From Kudoa neothunni (taxonomy: Eukaryota; Animalia; Cnidaria), in NCBI GenBank assembly GCA_964304625.1, contig OZ199838.1, positions 4,489,354 to 4,553,353 of the forward strand: DNA of 64,000 bases. The letters are read 5' to 3'. The notes under the pieces were generated by a model. The model saw only the letters and a program-made list of their open reading frames with translations. It ran no database searches and was not told the origin of the DNA. Each line of letters begins with the position of its first letter. The first letter of the stretch is position 1. Shown piece by piece: positions 53,331-64,000 of this stretch. Both the position numbers and the translations under genes were made by a program.

Positions 53331-54474
53331 TTATTTACTTAAGTAATATATAGCGTTTAAAAATACAATAATTATCAGTCATATTTTGTAAGGCAGGATA
53401 GCTTTAAAGTGCAAAAATTTTCTAGTACGACAGCCTTCTAGGAAAATTTAGACACCGAATTCGAAGCAGGATACAGTAACCATGTAGTTGATTTGAGGAC
53501 CCCAAAAATGTAACACTTTTAACCATTCTTTATGATAAGTGGTAAAATGCAAATTCTTAACTTATTTATTATAGTTTACTTCGTAGTTACGATTTAAATT
53601 ATCTCACTTATTCAATGAATTGGATATATTCTTAGCTGAATCCAATCGGCTGATAAAAAATAGTTAACACGATAGAGTTTGGGAGGTTTCTTCGATTATA
53701 TAGAAAACACGGTCTTATTCAAAGGAAACTATTTGATAAGATGGATCAATAGGTGGATTTTAGCGTCATAACAATTCATAATAAACTTGAATTTATTTCA
53801 TTACTAACACTGATTGAATAATGAATACGTCACCCCTCCTTAACGTCGTACTCAATATTCTATCTAGTATTTTAAATAAGCTATTCCAAATATAACCTGA
53901 AAACTATACTATATTATGATTGAATAGCCAAATATTTGTAAACATTTTGATTAGTGGGTATTTGCTTTATTGAGTTATTTTGCACTGAATCTAAATGATC
54001 GAATACCTCATTGTGTCTAATATATTTATGATTATAATGATATGTATTAGCCTTTCCATAAAATCGAGAAATGTTATTATTTTTCAGAAAAATATAATCG
54101 TTTTGAGAACCACGTTTCTCATCAGTTTAAATTTTGTGTTCGAAAGATTTTAATTTATAGCTTAAGTTTGAAGTTATTTTCTAACATAGGAATTCAATCA
54201 AATTTCACGCTTCATAAATTTCAATAAAAAAGTTAAAAAAATAATGAAACTACTAGTTGACCACTTAAATATTTTAAAAATATTTATCTATGTTTTAATT
54301 AATCGTGCAATATTGTAAAAGCCACTTAAAATTAAAAATGCACATTATTCTAAAATCATAGTGTTATGTGGACCGTAGTTGTTTAAATTAATAACCTATA
54401 GAACAGGAATGGGAAATTGTTTCTAAGCGTGCCGGATTATCGTACAATTCATAGTCAGCTGACCGGCTTATTAA

Positions 54475-56011
54475 CCTTCCGAATGCTCTAAAAATTACTA
54501 TTCACTTGGTGTTTTTTGGGGTCATATATGAACCCATAATTTTCTTACATTATTTTGATTTAAATATACTGAAAAACTTTTTGGTAAAATTTAAGATAAA
54601 TCTATCGATGAATTCATACCGAATTTCGAAAAAACGCATAAAACGAGAAGGTACGATTAGAACCGATCTTAGTTAGAAGATCGATCTGTCTGTAATTATT
54701 AAAATTTTCCGTTATTTATAGTTCAGTAAATTATTTTGTAACTCACATTAGCCGAATATTAAATAAGCCTATACTTTATATGGGTTACAATAATTTCATT
54801 TTAGTAAAATTAAGTTTTTACCAATGTAGTAAATAATGCGTATATTGTTTGGATAAAATTATTTTAAAACTATCAGTGGTAGGAAAGTCATTTAAAATGA
54901 AAGCTTTTAAAATTTTATGATTGACAGCATGTAAACAAATTTTAAAAAAATAACAAATGGCAAAAAACATACGTATATCAAATGGAAAGATTGGATTAAC
55001 CCATTCAATGTTCTATTTTTTTAAATTAAGCCAAAAGTTATATAATGATAGAATATTGTAATATAATAAGTAATTATGAGTAAAACTTCCAGATAATAAT
55101 TATCTTCAGAAAAAACTTAATTTTACTAAAGTGCCACAAAGGGAACAGTAACCCTTAATGGGTTGTGGTTGCGCGTTCGAAGCCTAATCCGGGCGTTCCT
55201 GTGCTCCTAGTCCGAAATTAAGTAGGAAGGCTGTAGTAATCGCAAGGACTTACGATTTATCGTGGCCTTGCTTGCAACTAAGCGGGGAGCTTGGCGGAAG
55301 GGTAGAACGCGGGCGCAAATAAACGCCGGGGCACAGGAACGAAATCAAGCCAGTAGGAGGTTTCTGTGGAGCCGACACCCGCATTCAGACGACTTTCCCA
55401 GACTAATTCCGGGTTAGTCCAGGGTATGGTTGGGATGGTGGTTGCTCCGGAAGAGGATGTTTAGTGGGTTAAAATCCTACACTATCGCATAAACGTAAGC
55501 CGCCATAATATGACGCTGCGGTGCCTAAAGAATAATTGGAGAAGGCCTAACCAGCCTAAACTTAACAAGTTGCGCCTGGAGTTTGACCTTGTAAAAAAAT
55601 GTTCATTAAGTGCTCAAAATTTCCACGTCTCATCAGTAGGTCTTGGTTATTATACATGGAAGCACTGCCCTATATATACGATTTGGATTTCTTTACAGTC
55701 CATACTGCATTATATTAGTCATAATGAAAAGTTCAATTAACGACAATTTATCAGAATTGGAATCTGGTGATTCTGACTCAGAATCGCTATATTATGTAGA
55801 ATTGAAAATTTGACACAATCACTCTTAAAATCTAAGGAATATTCCTCGTCCAAACTGTCCGCCATGCGAACTAATCCGCTTCGTCGCCACTCGCATGAAT
55901 TCGGGAAATGTTTTCCCTCATTCCCTCTTTATTTATGGACAGAATTCTATATAACGTTGGATTATGGTACTTGCAACTTTTCCGCATTATTTAATAAAAA
56001 AACCTGGGGCC
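54475..56011 (-). mobile_element. Non-autonomous piggyBac copy 1 (truncated; contains a SINE and is broken by Merlin)
   Basis: TTAA|CCTTCCGAATGC end. 54475-55000 matches 57889-58414, and 55660-56011 matches 59505-59848. Confidence 0.72.
55140..55600 (+). mobile_element. tRNA-headed SINE, subfamily A
   Basis: GTTCGAAGCC B-box. Body colinear with the reverse complement of 38200-38690. Tail GGATGTTTAGTGGGTTAAAATCCTACAC...GCTGCGGTGCCTAAAG...TTGTAAAAAAA. Confidence 0.8.
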
Positions 56012-56800
56012 GGCTGAAGTACGGTTTAGTGGATACTCTTCGGCATTTTTCGCTAGCACATCGGCAAAAAGAAAAACAAAATTAAAATACGACAATAATC
56101 AATTCTAATGTTGATAAATTTGGTTGATAGTTTCTTAATAGGGGGAAAACGGATTTGTTTTAATTTTTTTTAAATGGTAGACTGTCAAATAAGAACCTAC
56201 TAATTCAGATTTCTTATTGGTTATACGCCGAAATTTGCGTATTATTGCGTCCCAAATGGCTTCGATTTTATTAGGATGGGCGCAATCGCTAATTTTAAAT
56301 TGAACGCTGTAGTTTATAGGTTCGTGTTTATAGTTAAGAGATTCAAGCGAATTATAACCACACCACTTATCTGTCCATATTATGGAACTGCGAGCCACAT
56401 AATTGGTAATAATATCTTCACCAACTCCACCTACTATCCAAACATTTTGATTAACAACAACCCCTTCTCTGTGGTATTTTCTTTTGCAAGTATTGGATTC
56501 GTCAATCTGTACAACATCCATTCCTCCTATTCCCACCCTATAGAGATTGAAATACTCAACGTAAGTTTCTCGAATATAATTCTTCCAGTTAACGATAATT
56601 TCCCTGGATCCGATTTTCCATTGTTCTAATAACATATCATATGGCATTTGAATATCGAAGACATCCAAATATATTCAAAAGAATGCTTGCCATGGCTAAA
56701 ATTTAGAACATTCAAAAATTGTTCCTTTACTAATGCATAATCTCTTTTTTTCACGTATAGCACCTGAAGTCGTATCCATCGCTGACATTTTCTTTAATGA
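56012..56800 (-). mobile_element. Merlin transposon remnant with degenerate transposase
   Basis: Terminus GGCTGAAGTAC resembles the 21695 TIR. ORF 56135-56668: IGGMDVVQIDESNTCKRKYHR..VWIVGGV..IWTDKWCGY..HPNKIEAIW. Internal deletion. Confidence 0.82.
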
Positions 56801-56879
56801 GTCCAATTTTTGAATTACGCTATTCATAAACTCTCTATTTCGGAATCAACCCTACATTCTGTAAGAATGTGTAACACAA

Positions 56880-56955
56880 GATCCGAGTCGGGATTCGAAC
56901 CTGTGTTCTTTGCATTAAAAGACGGTGGTGCCATACCACACTACTCTCGATCGCG
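56880..56955 (-). repeat. Degenerate tRNA-like sequence / SINE head
   Basis: Minus strand GATCGAGAGTAGTGTGG...CAGGTTCGAATCCCGACTCGGATC has a perfect B-box but imperfect stems. Confidence 0.45.
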
Positions 56956-57888
56956 CATCCGTGGTTGGCGGATTACAACCGTTATAATCCGCATGTTACG
57001 AAATGGAATAAATTTTTCATTGCCAATTTTAAATAAAAAAGGTCTTCTAAAAGCGTAGAATGCAAGTTTGAGAGCGAAAAGTTCATTTTTTTATTGCGGG
57101 CGCCGAAATAACACGAAACTACACGAATCTTTCTATTGCACCGTACTTTAGTCTAAAATTTTTAAATAGGCGAAAACTCGTGATAAACATACGCGGTTGA
57201 GACCAACATATGAAATTGAGCTCCAAACTCTACCTTTCAGGCGATTTGGAGAAATATATGAGAAATATTTTCCACATTGCCAAATCTGACAATGTGGAAG
57301 AAATTGAGGAGCTGATTAAATTGGTTTTTAAAAGCGTTGGTGTGCCTAGAAACTTACTTTTTAATTGTAGTGTACAAAACAGGAATTGGGACCATCATTT
57401 TTGAGTCAAATTTCAATGATAAATCCACCTGAAGTTATTCATCAACAAGAAATGGCTGATGTGGCAATAAACAACAACAGATATTTTACCAAATGATTTA
57501 TACGGTCCAGCTGACGATCCTCACAATATTGACCAAAATATCATAGTTCTGGATGATCTTTCTAATGATATACGTATTTATTGTAAGTCTATATATCTAA
57601 TTTATTGTATAGAATTTAATTCGGACATGCTAACCAATACAATTTTGGAAAATGATGAAATTAATTGGGAAAATCTGTTTAACAACGATAAACAATTGTA
57701 GAATAAGTTTGAGTTTAAAAATAATGAATATGTGATTTTTTATAAAATATGACAATAAATATGAGTTTTTATTTGTTTATATCTTTTGACGGAAGTAAAA
57801 GTTCACAGTGCATCTAATACTTGACTTTAAAAATTCGATCTTTAACTGCAAATAACGCGAAAACCTGCCCATAATTGGAAGAGTTTAA

Positions 57889-60040
57889 CCTTCTGAATGC
57901 TCCGAAAATTACTATACACTTGGTGCTTTTGAGGTCATATATGACCCCAACAATTTTCTTACATTATTTTAGTTCAAATATACTGAAAAACTTTTTAGTA
58001 AAATTTGAGAGAAATCTATCGATGAATTCATATCGAATTTCGAAAAAACATATAAACGAGAAAACATTATTAGAGCTGATTTGGTTAAAAGATCGATTTG
58101 TCTGTAATTATTAAAATTTTCCGTTATTTATATTTATAGTTCAATTAATTATTTTGTAAATCACATTTGCTAAACATTAAATAAACTCTAATTTTATATG
58201 GGTGAAAATAATTTAATTTTAGTAAAATTAAGTTATCAATGTAGTAAATACTGCGTATATTGTTTGGATAAAATGATTTTAACATCATCAATGGTAGGAA
58301 ATTCATTAAAAAATGAAAACTTTTAAAATTATATGGCTAACATCATGTAAACAAATTAAAAAAAGAACAAATGGCTAAAAACATACGTATATCAAAACAG
58401 AAAGATTAGATTAACAACCAAGAAAGTCTAATTTGGCGTTTCCCAACCTTTTTTTCCATCGTTCCTTTATTTTTCGTTCAAAAAAGTTCTGTTCCCCGCC
58501 TTTTCCAAAAGTATTGGTTTTTAACTTAAACCATCTATAACTTTCAATCAAACTTACTGCCACATTAAAATTTGGAAACAATTAATATACACCTTCTTTT
58601 CGCATTAAACTTATAATGTATCCGATCAGATCTAACTTAATTTATGGATTGACCTTTAAAATTAACTTTTAATTCTTCACTTCGCCAAAAACCGCGCGAA
58701 ATGGATCTCGTGATAATCCAATTCACATCAAGCGAGGTTTAATATATACAGGGCTTATAAACCGAAAATAAATAATCTAGATATAACATGATCAATACTA
58801 CATTGAGTTAAATCAAAAACAGGAGAGATCATGATTATAAATGAGCAAAGATCGGGACTAAAACCATTTCGATTTTTAGAGGCTATAGACCTAGTTAATG
58901 TTATTATTTATATTTATATAATTAATTATTCGTTGCGTTTGGTATTGTATTCGAGAGTGCACGCGGCAAAGAGAAAAAAAGTAAAGAAGACTCAAGAAAA
59001 GAGAGAATAGCAATGTTGGTAAACACAACGTTATATGTGGTGAGGGGTGCCAAAAACCGATTCCATGCAGGGGCCAAAATAACGCATCTGTGAGGCGGAC
59101 CCTACACCCGATTGCCGAACATGTGTACATTCATCTCTGGGTATTCCTATGTGAATTTTACCCAGGTTCGAGGTGTACCGTTTTTGTGGTTAACCGCATT
59201 ACTCACCTTATTGGCAATCGGAGTAGGTCCACCTGATGATTCTGGTTCCCTTGAAATCGTTAACGGTTTCTTGGACAGAAACCGTACGGTTGGTATTGTT
59301 TTATGATACTTATATTAATTTAAGAATAATCGATATCAAAGATCAAGGTATTGATTTCAATGTGTGCCTCAATGTCCAATTGTTTCACCATTATCCATGT
59401 CACATCAATGCTCGGGATTATCGACGTCCCGTTAGAGTTGTTCATTAAGTGTTAATAAATTTCGCCACTTCTCACCGGTGGGTTGCGGGTATTATGTTAG
59501 GAACCACTGCCCTATACGATTTGGATTTCTCTGCAGTCCCACACTGCATTATATTTGTCGTAATGTAAAGTTCAATTAACGACAATTTATTAGAATTAAA
59601 ATCTAACTCAGAACCATTATATTGAGTAGAATTGAAAATTTCACCGCGGTCACTCTTAGAATCTATGGAATATTTTTCGTCAAAACTGTCCGTCATTCGA
59701 ACTAATCCGCTTTGTTGTCTCTCGCATTAATTGGGAGAAGGTTTTACCTCATCTAATCTTTATTTTATCGAAAGAATTCTATATAACTTTGGATTATGGT
59801 ATTTACAATTTTTTTCCGCATTATTTAATGGAAAAAAACTCGGGGCCATGTATGATCCCAAAAATACTACGTGTAAAAAGTACGCATATCTTATTATTAA
59901 CTTAGATAATTAAAATTTTTTCTCTCATTATATTAAGCATTTGTTTTTTGGAGAATGGACGTAATACCAGACATTGTCGATTAAAATAATACATTACAAT
60001 ATGCTTTGGGGTTTTATATGACCTCCAAGCACTCGGAAGA
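57889..60040 (-). mobile_element. Non-autonomous piggyBac copy 2 with both ends
   Basis: TTAA|CCTTCTGAATGC...GCACTCGGAAGA|TTAA, with GGGGxxxTATATGACC subterminal motifs. The minus strand at 59480-59700 resembles an acidic piggyBac N-terminus (DKYNAVW, NPNRIG, PNII). Confidence 0.75.
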
Positions 60041-61744
60041 TTAATCGATAAATACGAAATTTTAAAATGATTAATTTTTGAAATCATTTAAATATTCGAA
60101 CCCAAATTTAATGCGGGAAGGTTACACGCGCATCCAATGAAAAGATACCAACAAAATAATAGCACAAACTGCGGTTATACACACCAAGTTACACATTAAG
60201 GTTGTGGGGTGTAAACAATCAACATTGTAATTTTTGCTTCGGTATATGGTTAGTTGGAATTTGATTATAGTAATAAAAGGTATTTGCAATATTGTCTACA
60301 GCTTTAAATAGGTCATAGGCAGATTGCTTATAAAATATAGTTTTGAGACCATAATGAAAGATAGACCATTGACTATAATTATTTAAATAATTTCGGTTGA
60401 TGGATGTAGGAGAAAGTTATCCATATCAAGGATTTATTAACACATAATGTGTGTGTATCTATGATGAATCCCTGAATAGAAATCTAGTAAATAAATACGG
60501 CGTTTTCCTTAGATGCGCTTGCAGGAAGGGATGTTATTAATTTATGATTTCTGTGGTTTATAAGATGTCCTAACCACACTAATCTGGATATTATGATCTG
60601 TTACAATAGCCACTTTCTTTAAGTTTTCTTGAGTTAGTCTTACTAATATGTTTACTCATACAATTTTCTGAAAATTAAATGATACATTACTTTTAATAAA
60701 TCTAAAATCAAAAATTTTTCTCTGGTTTTTGGAATTATGATGCTCTAAAGGAATAAATTTTAATTGTGACCTGTCATTTGTCTGAGTAACACCCTTTTTA
60801 TGAGCACATATATTTTGGTACATTTGAAATTAAAATTATCTGATTCTAACAATAATGACAAATTTGCCGATTAAAAACCTAATATTACTCATTTGAGAAT
60901 GATTTTTTGAACATGATTCATACCAAAAATCATTTATTTATTTAGTGTGCTTTCTCCCTGTGTTCGGTTATCTGCGTCTAACTTTACTTCCCGTTTATTT
61001 CTTCAAATTATATAATTAGGCCTGTTTTAATTTGTTACAATTAATTAAATTATTCTGTACAATAGTTATAATTGATGATATATTTTATTTCTCACAATAG
61101 GTTGATAGGATCCAATTCACCCTAAAGAATATGTATGGATAAATATTTTGACTGTATCATAAATTAATTTTTCAAATCTCTTGGTATTTTCAATTTCATA
61201 TAAAAAGTTTTAAAAGAATAATAGCTATAGTTAAAAGTTTATTGGGACTCTATTAGTACGAGTAAAACACTAAATAAAATAGTCTTGGTTCTGGTTAATC
61301 CCAAAGATATTTGAAAAGTTAATTTATGAAATTTTGCTACGTAAAATCATTTATAGTCCATTCGAATATGGCAATGATTAAAAATATCTTATTATAATCG
61401 AAACTACACTCAAGGGATTAAATGTTTTCAGAGCAATATAAACTTACAATATTCTAAATTTTTAGAATGCATCCATTTCTACTGTGAAATTAAATTAGAA
61501 ACATTCAAGATATTACAGATTTTTTTACCAGTTATTTTGGAAATAACGAAATGCTATATTTGGTGTGCGGAATGGGTCATAACCGATAAGGATTAAATTG
61601 AGAACAATGAATTATTAAAAAATTAAGGGTCTCAATGGATAAACATTACTCCACAAGGATTAATAAGAAATCGTAATGAAATTTAAAATCACATAGAGTT
61701 CTTTAATGGATGAACAATTAGTCTAAAATTTTATTTATTATTAA

Positions 61745-62685
61745 CCCTTTGTAGACAATCATGGGCTTCACGAGCCCACTCACCCATTAAATTGGTATTT
61801 AATCCGAATAAGTCATCGTTTTAAACCGGGATTTCATGTAAATTCATTATATTATGTTTCCGGATGATTCATATTATTTTTAAAAAAATTTTATCCCGAT
61901 TTTAAGTCGAGTTTTAACTAAAGTGGATTATAGTTATATCCTTTAATGTTGGTTTTACGTTCGGTTAATCTCTTACGTGTGATTTCTTCTTGCAATGATA
62001 GATTTTATTGGTTACAGTGATTTTTATCCATCCAACACTGAAAGCACTGAGTCTGATGAATTAAATGAAACATTTGAAAATTTTAATGAATCTGACGAAG
62101 GTTTCTATTTGATTAAATTTTATATATCTGTTCCTATTTATTAGACCGTTTACTGTTCATTCGTAATTATCTGATTTCTATGTTAATGTAAAATTATGAA
62201 TTATTTTGAAATGTTAAAAAACTTTTAAACAATATTTTCTGGTTTAAATAAAATTACAGTTCGGTACACATAAAAAGCAATTGATATAAGAAACTGACAA
62301 TGATGTTGGAATAAGAATAGAAAATCATATAATGATTTTTCGGTTTTATTCTAATTGGGGTTTATCCAGTTTTCTTGTAAATAATGTGCGAGTGAAACGG
62401 AAATTAAAAAAATCTATTAGAATCATATTTAGTCTCATATTCAATATTCGATATGCTACCTGATACTGAACTTGTATTTTTTACAATTAGTGGCGAATTT
62501 TAAAAAATATTTTATTTTAGTTCAAAAGTGTATGACCCCGAATCAGTGTGTAAAATATGATATTCAATGATAAGACATCTAACCGATTAATTGTTGTGCC
62601 CTAAAATGATTAAGCTAATCCGACAGGGTTCTTGGAGCCTAGTTCAACCTCTTTACGCGACTGTCCGATGGGCGTCTACAAAGGG
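61745..62685. mobile_element. 941-bp piggyBac-type non-autonomous element
   Basis: Perfect 12-bp TIR CCCTTTGTAGAC / GTCTACAAAGGG with TTAA on both sides. Confidence 0.9.
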
Positions 62686-64000
62686 TTAATAATGAAACAA
62701 ACATAAACTCCAATTGATCAAACATTAACATTTTATTTTTATTTTTCAAAAGTAAGAAACCAGAAATTTGAAATAAAGTCAATACTAATTGAAAAGGTCT
62801 ACACAATAATATTACTCGGAAATAAATTGATGCCTATTGGTATGGATTAACGACTAATCGACAAGATTATAGAACCTAACAGTTATATTGGTTAATGAGA
62901 TTAAAAAGCAACTATTTTGGTAGCATTTACACACATAATCTTAACATCTACATCGACTTAGTTGCAATGGAGTCTTTTTATTAATAGAAACGAGGTAACA
63001 ACACCGAAAATTAATCTTTCGAGTATCAACTCCTAATACTCGCTAATTCACACCCCTCAAACTAGTAAACATAAAGTTGATAAAAGCTTGCAGCAGGTTT
63101 ACACTATTTCAAAAAATATCAATGAAATTATAGAAGTAAGTCAGAAGTCTTAATTCAATATTAATTACGTTGCCGTTCGATAACTATCGTCAAGATAATA
63201 ATTTATGAAATAACAGATTTGTGATCAATATTCTTCCACGCTGGTTTGTCCACATTCCAAAACACATGTTTTTTCGGCCCCACGCTATATCTTTATGTTA
63301 AACATGTACTTATAATTTCATTTGAAATTATACGGCCTATAGTAAAACATTATTCAGTTTTAGCCCAATATCTTCACCACAATTAATCAGCTTAAACATT
63401 ACGGACATTTTGCGGCCTAAGTACTATTTTGTCAGCTCAAATTGTATTCATATTTAGAAAAATGTATGAGCTTTCATTTAATAATCATAACCTGCAAAAT
63501 ATACAAAATTAATATTTTTACGACAGTGTTAAATTAGCTAAATTAAAACATTTAAGTTTCCAGCGTGGTCTCAAATTAATCCTCTAAGCTGTGAAATGGC
63601 GATAGACTGTACTTATCACCACATAAACAATTAAATCAAATTTCAATCAGGCAAGTGTGTAAGCTAACAACTTAACAGCTGATTTACTTAAAACATTATC
63701 ACGTGAGATGAGTAGCGGCGATAGTTATTTACGCCTGTTATCGGAGCTCTTCGTTAGTTAGAGGAGATGTCGCAAGCTACTGAGGTACCCCAGAATGATT
63801 CTACTGATATAGGGTATACTTTTGATAGCTGATCGGTATGTTGTAATATGTGGTTGGTTCTAGAAAGTTGGAGACTGCTTTTGAATTTGATGTGATTATA
63901 TTGGTGCTCGTTTGTTGATGCATAATGATTGAATAGGATTTAACATACCAGGTTGTAACTAGTTTTGATGAATTAGGTCTTAAAGAGAGTGTGCTAAGAG

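Noticed and set aside
56880-56955. Functional tRNA gene
   Set aside because: B-box present, but the T-stem, D-arm and anticodon stem do not pair properly; treated as a SINE head or pseudogene.
57210-57701. Spliced acidic C-terminal fragment
   Set aside because: Frameshifted, flanked by TE debris, no family identifiable.
59472-59730. Captured host gene cargo in the duplicated element
   Set aside because: Better explained as the degenerate piggyBac transposase N-terminus (compare DKNGVLWTAEN at ~8550).
62052-62100. CTGATGA...GAAAC hammerhead-like core
   Set aside because: No supporting stems; it reads as the acidic N-terminal coding remnant (STESDELNETFENFNESDEG) of the enclosing piggyBac derivative.
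1-64000. CRISPR arrays, rRNA genes, prokaryotic defence operons or a non-standard genetic code
   Set aside because: No regularly spaced repeats or rRNA motifs seen; intact genes translate in the standard code, with TAA/TAG/TGA as stops.

Overview
AT-rich eukaryotic (animal) genomic DNA. Host genes are compact, with very short (~40-60 nt) GT-AG introns, and sit among dense, mostly dead DNA transposons. Recognisable host genes: the 5' half of a P5A-ATPase (ATP13A1/Spf1; minus strand, runs off the window start, broken by probable homopolymer assembly errors), a small stand-alone RhoGAP, a secreted two-domain Kunitz protein, PPP1R37, and a very divergent CASK-like MAGUK (pseudokinase-PDZ-SH3-GuK, no L27). 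Two further multi-exon loci could not be identified. Mobile DNA includes several piggyBac elements and their MITEs (TTAA), three Merlin/IS1595-like elements (two with 8-bp TSDs), a non-autonomous Helitron, hAT elements, a MULE remnant, a 106-bp solo LTR, and tRNA-headed SINEs sharing a common 3' tail. At 21.4-28.5 kb these elements form a multi-layer nest whose insertion order can be read from TSDs and restored reading frames. Short introns, low GC and fast-evolving proteins suggest a reduced, possibly parasitic metazoan; this is inference only. I found no convincing wholly new system. The best leads are the stripped-down CASK, the modular SINE family, the asymmetric Kunitz pair and the intron-bearing Merlin.
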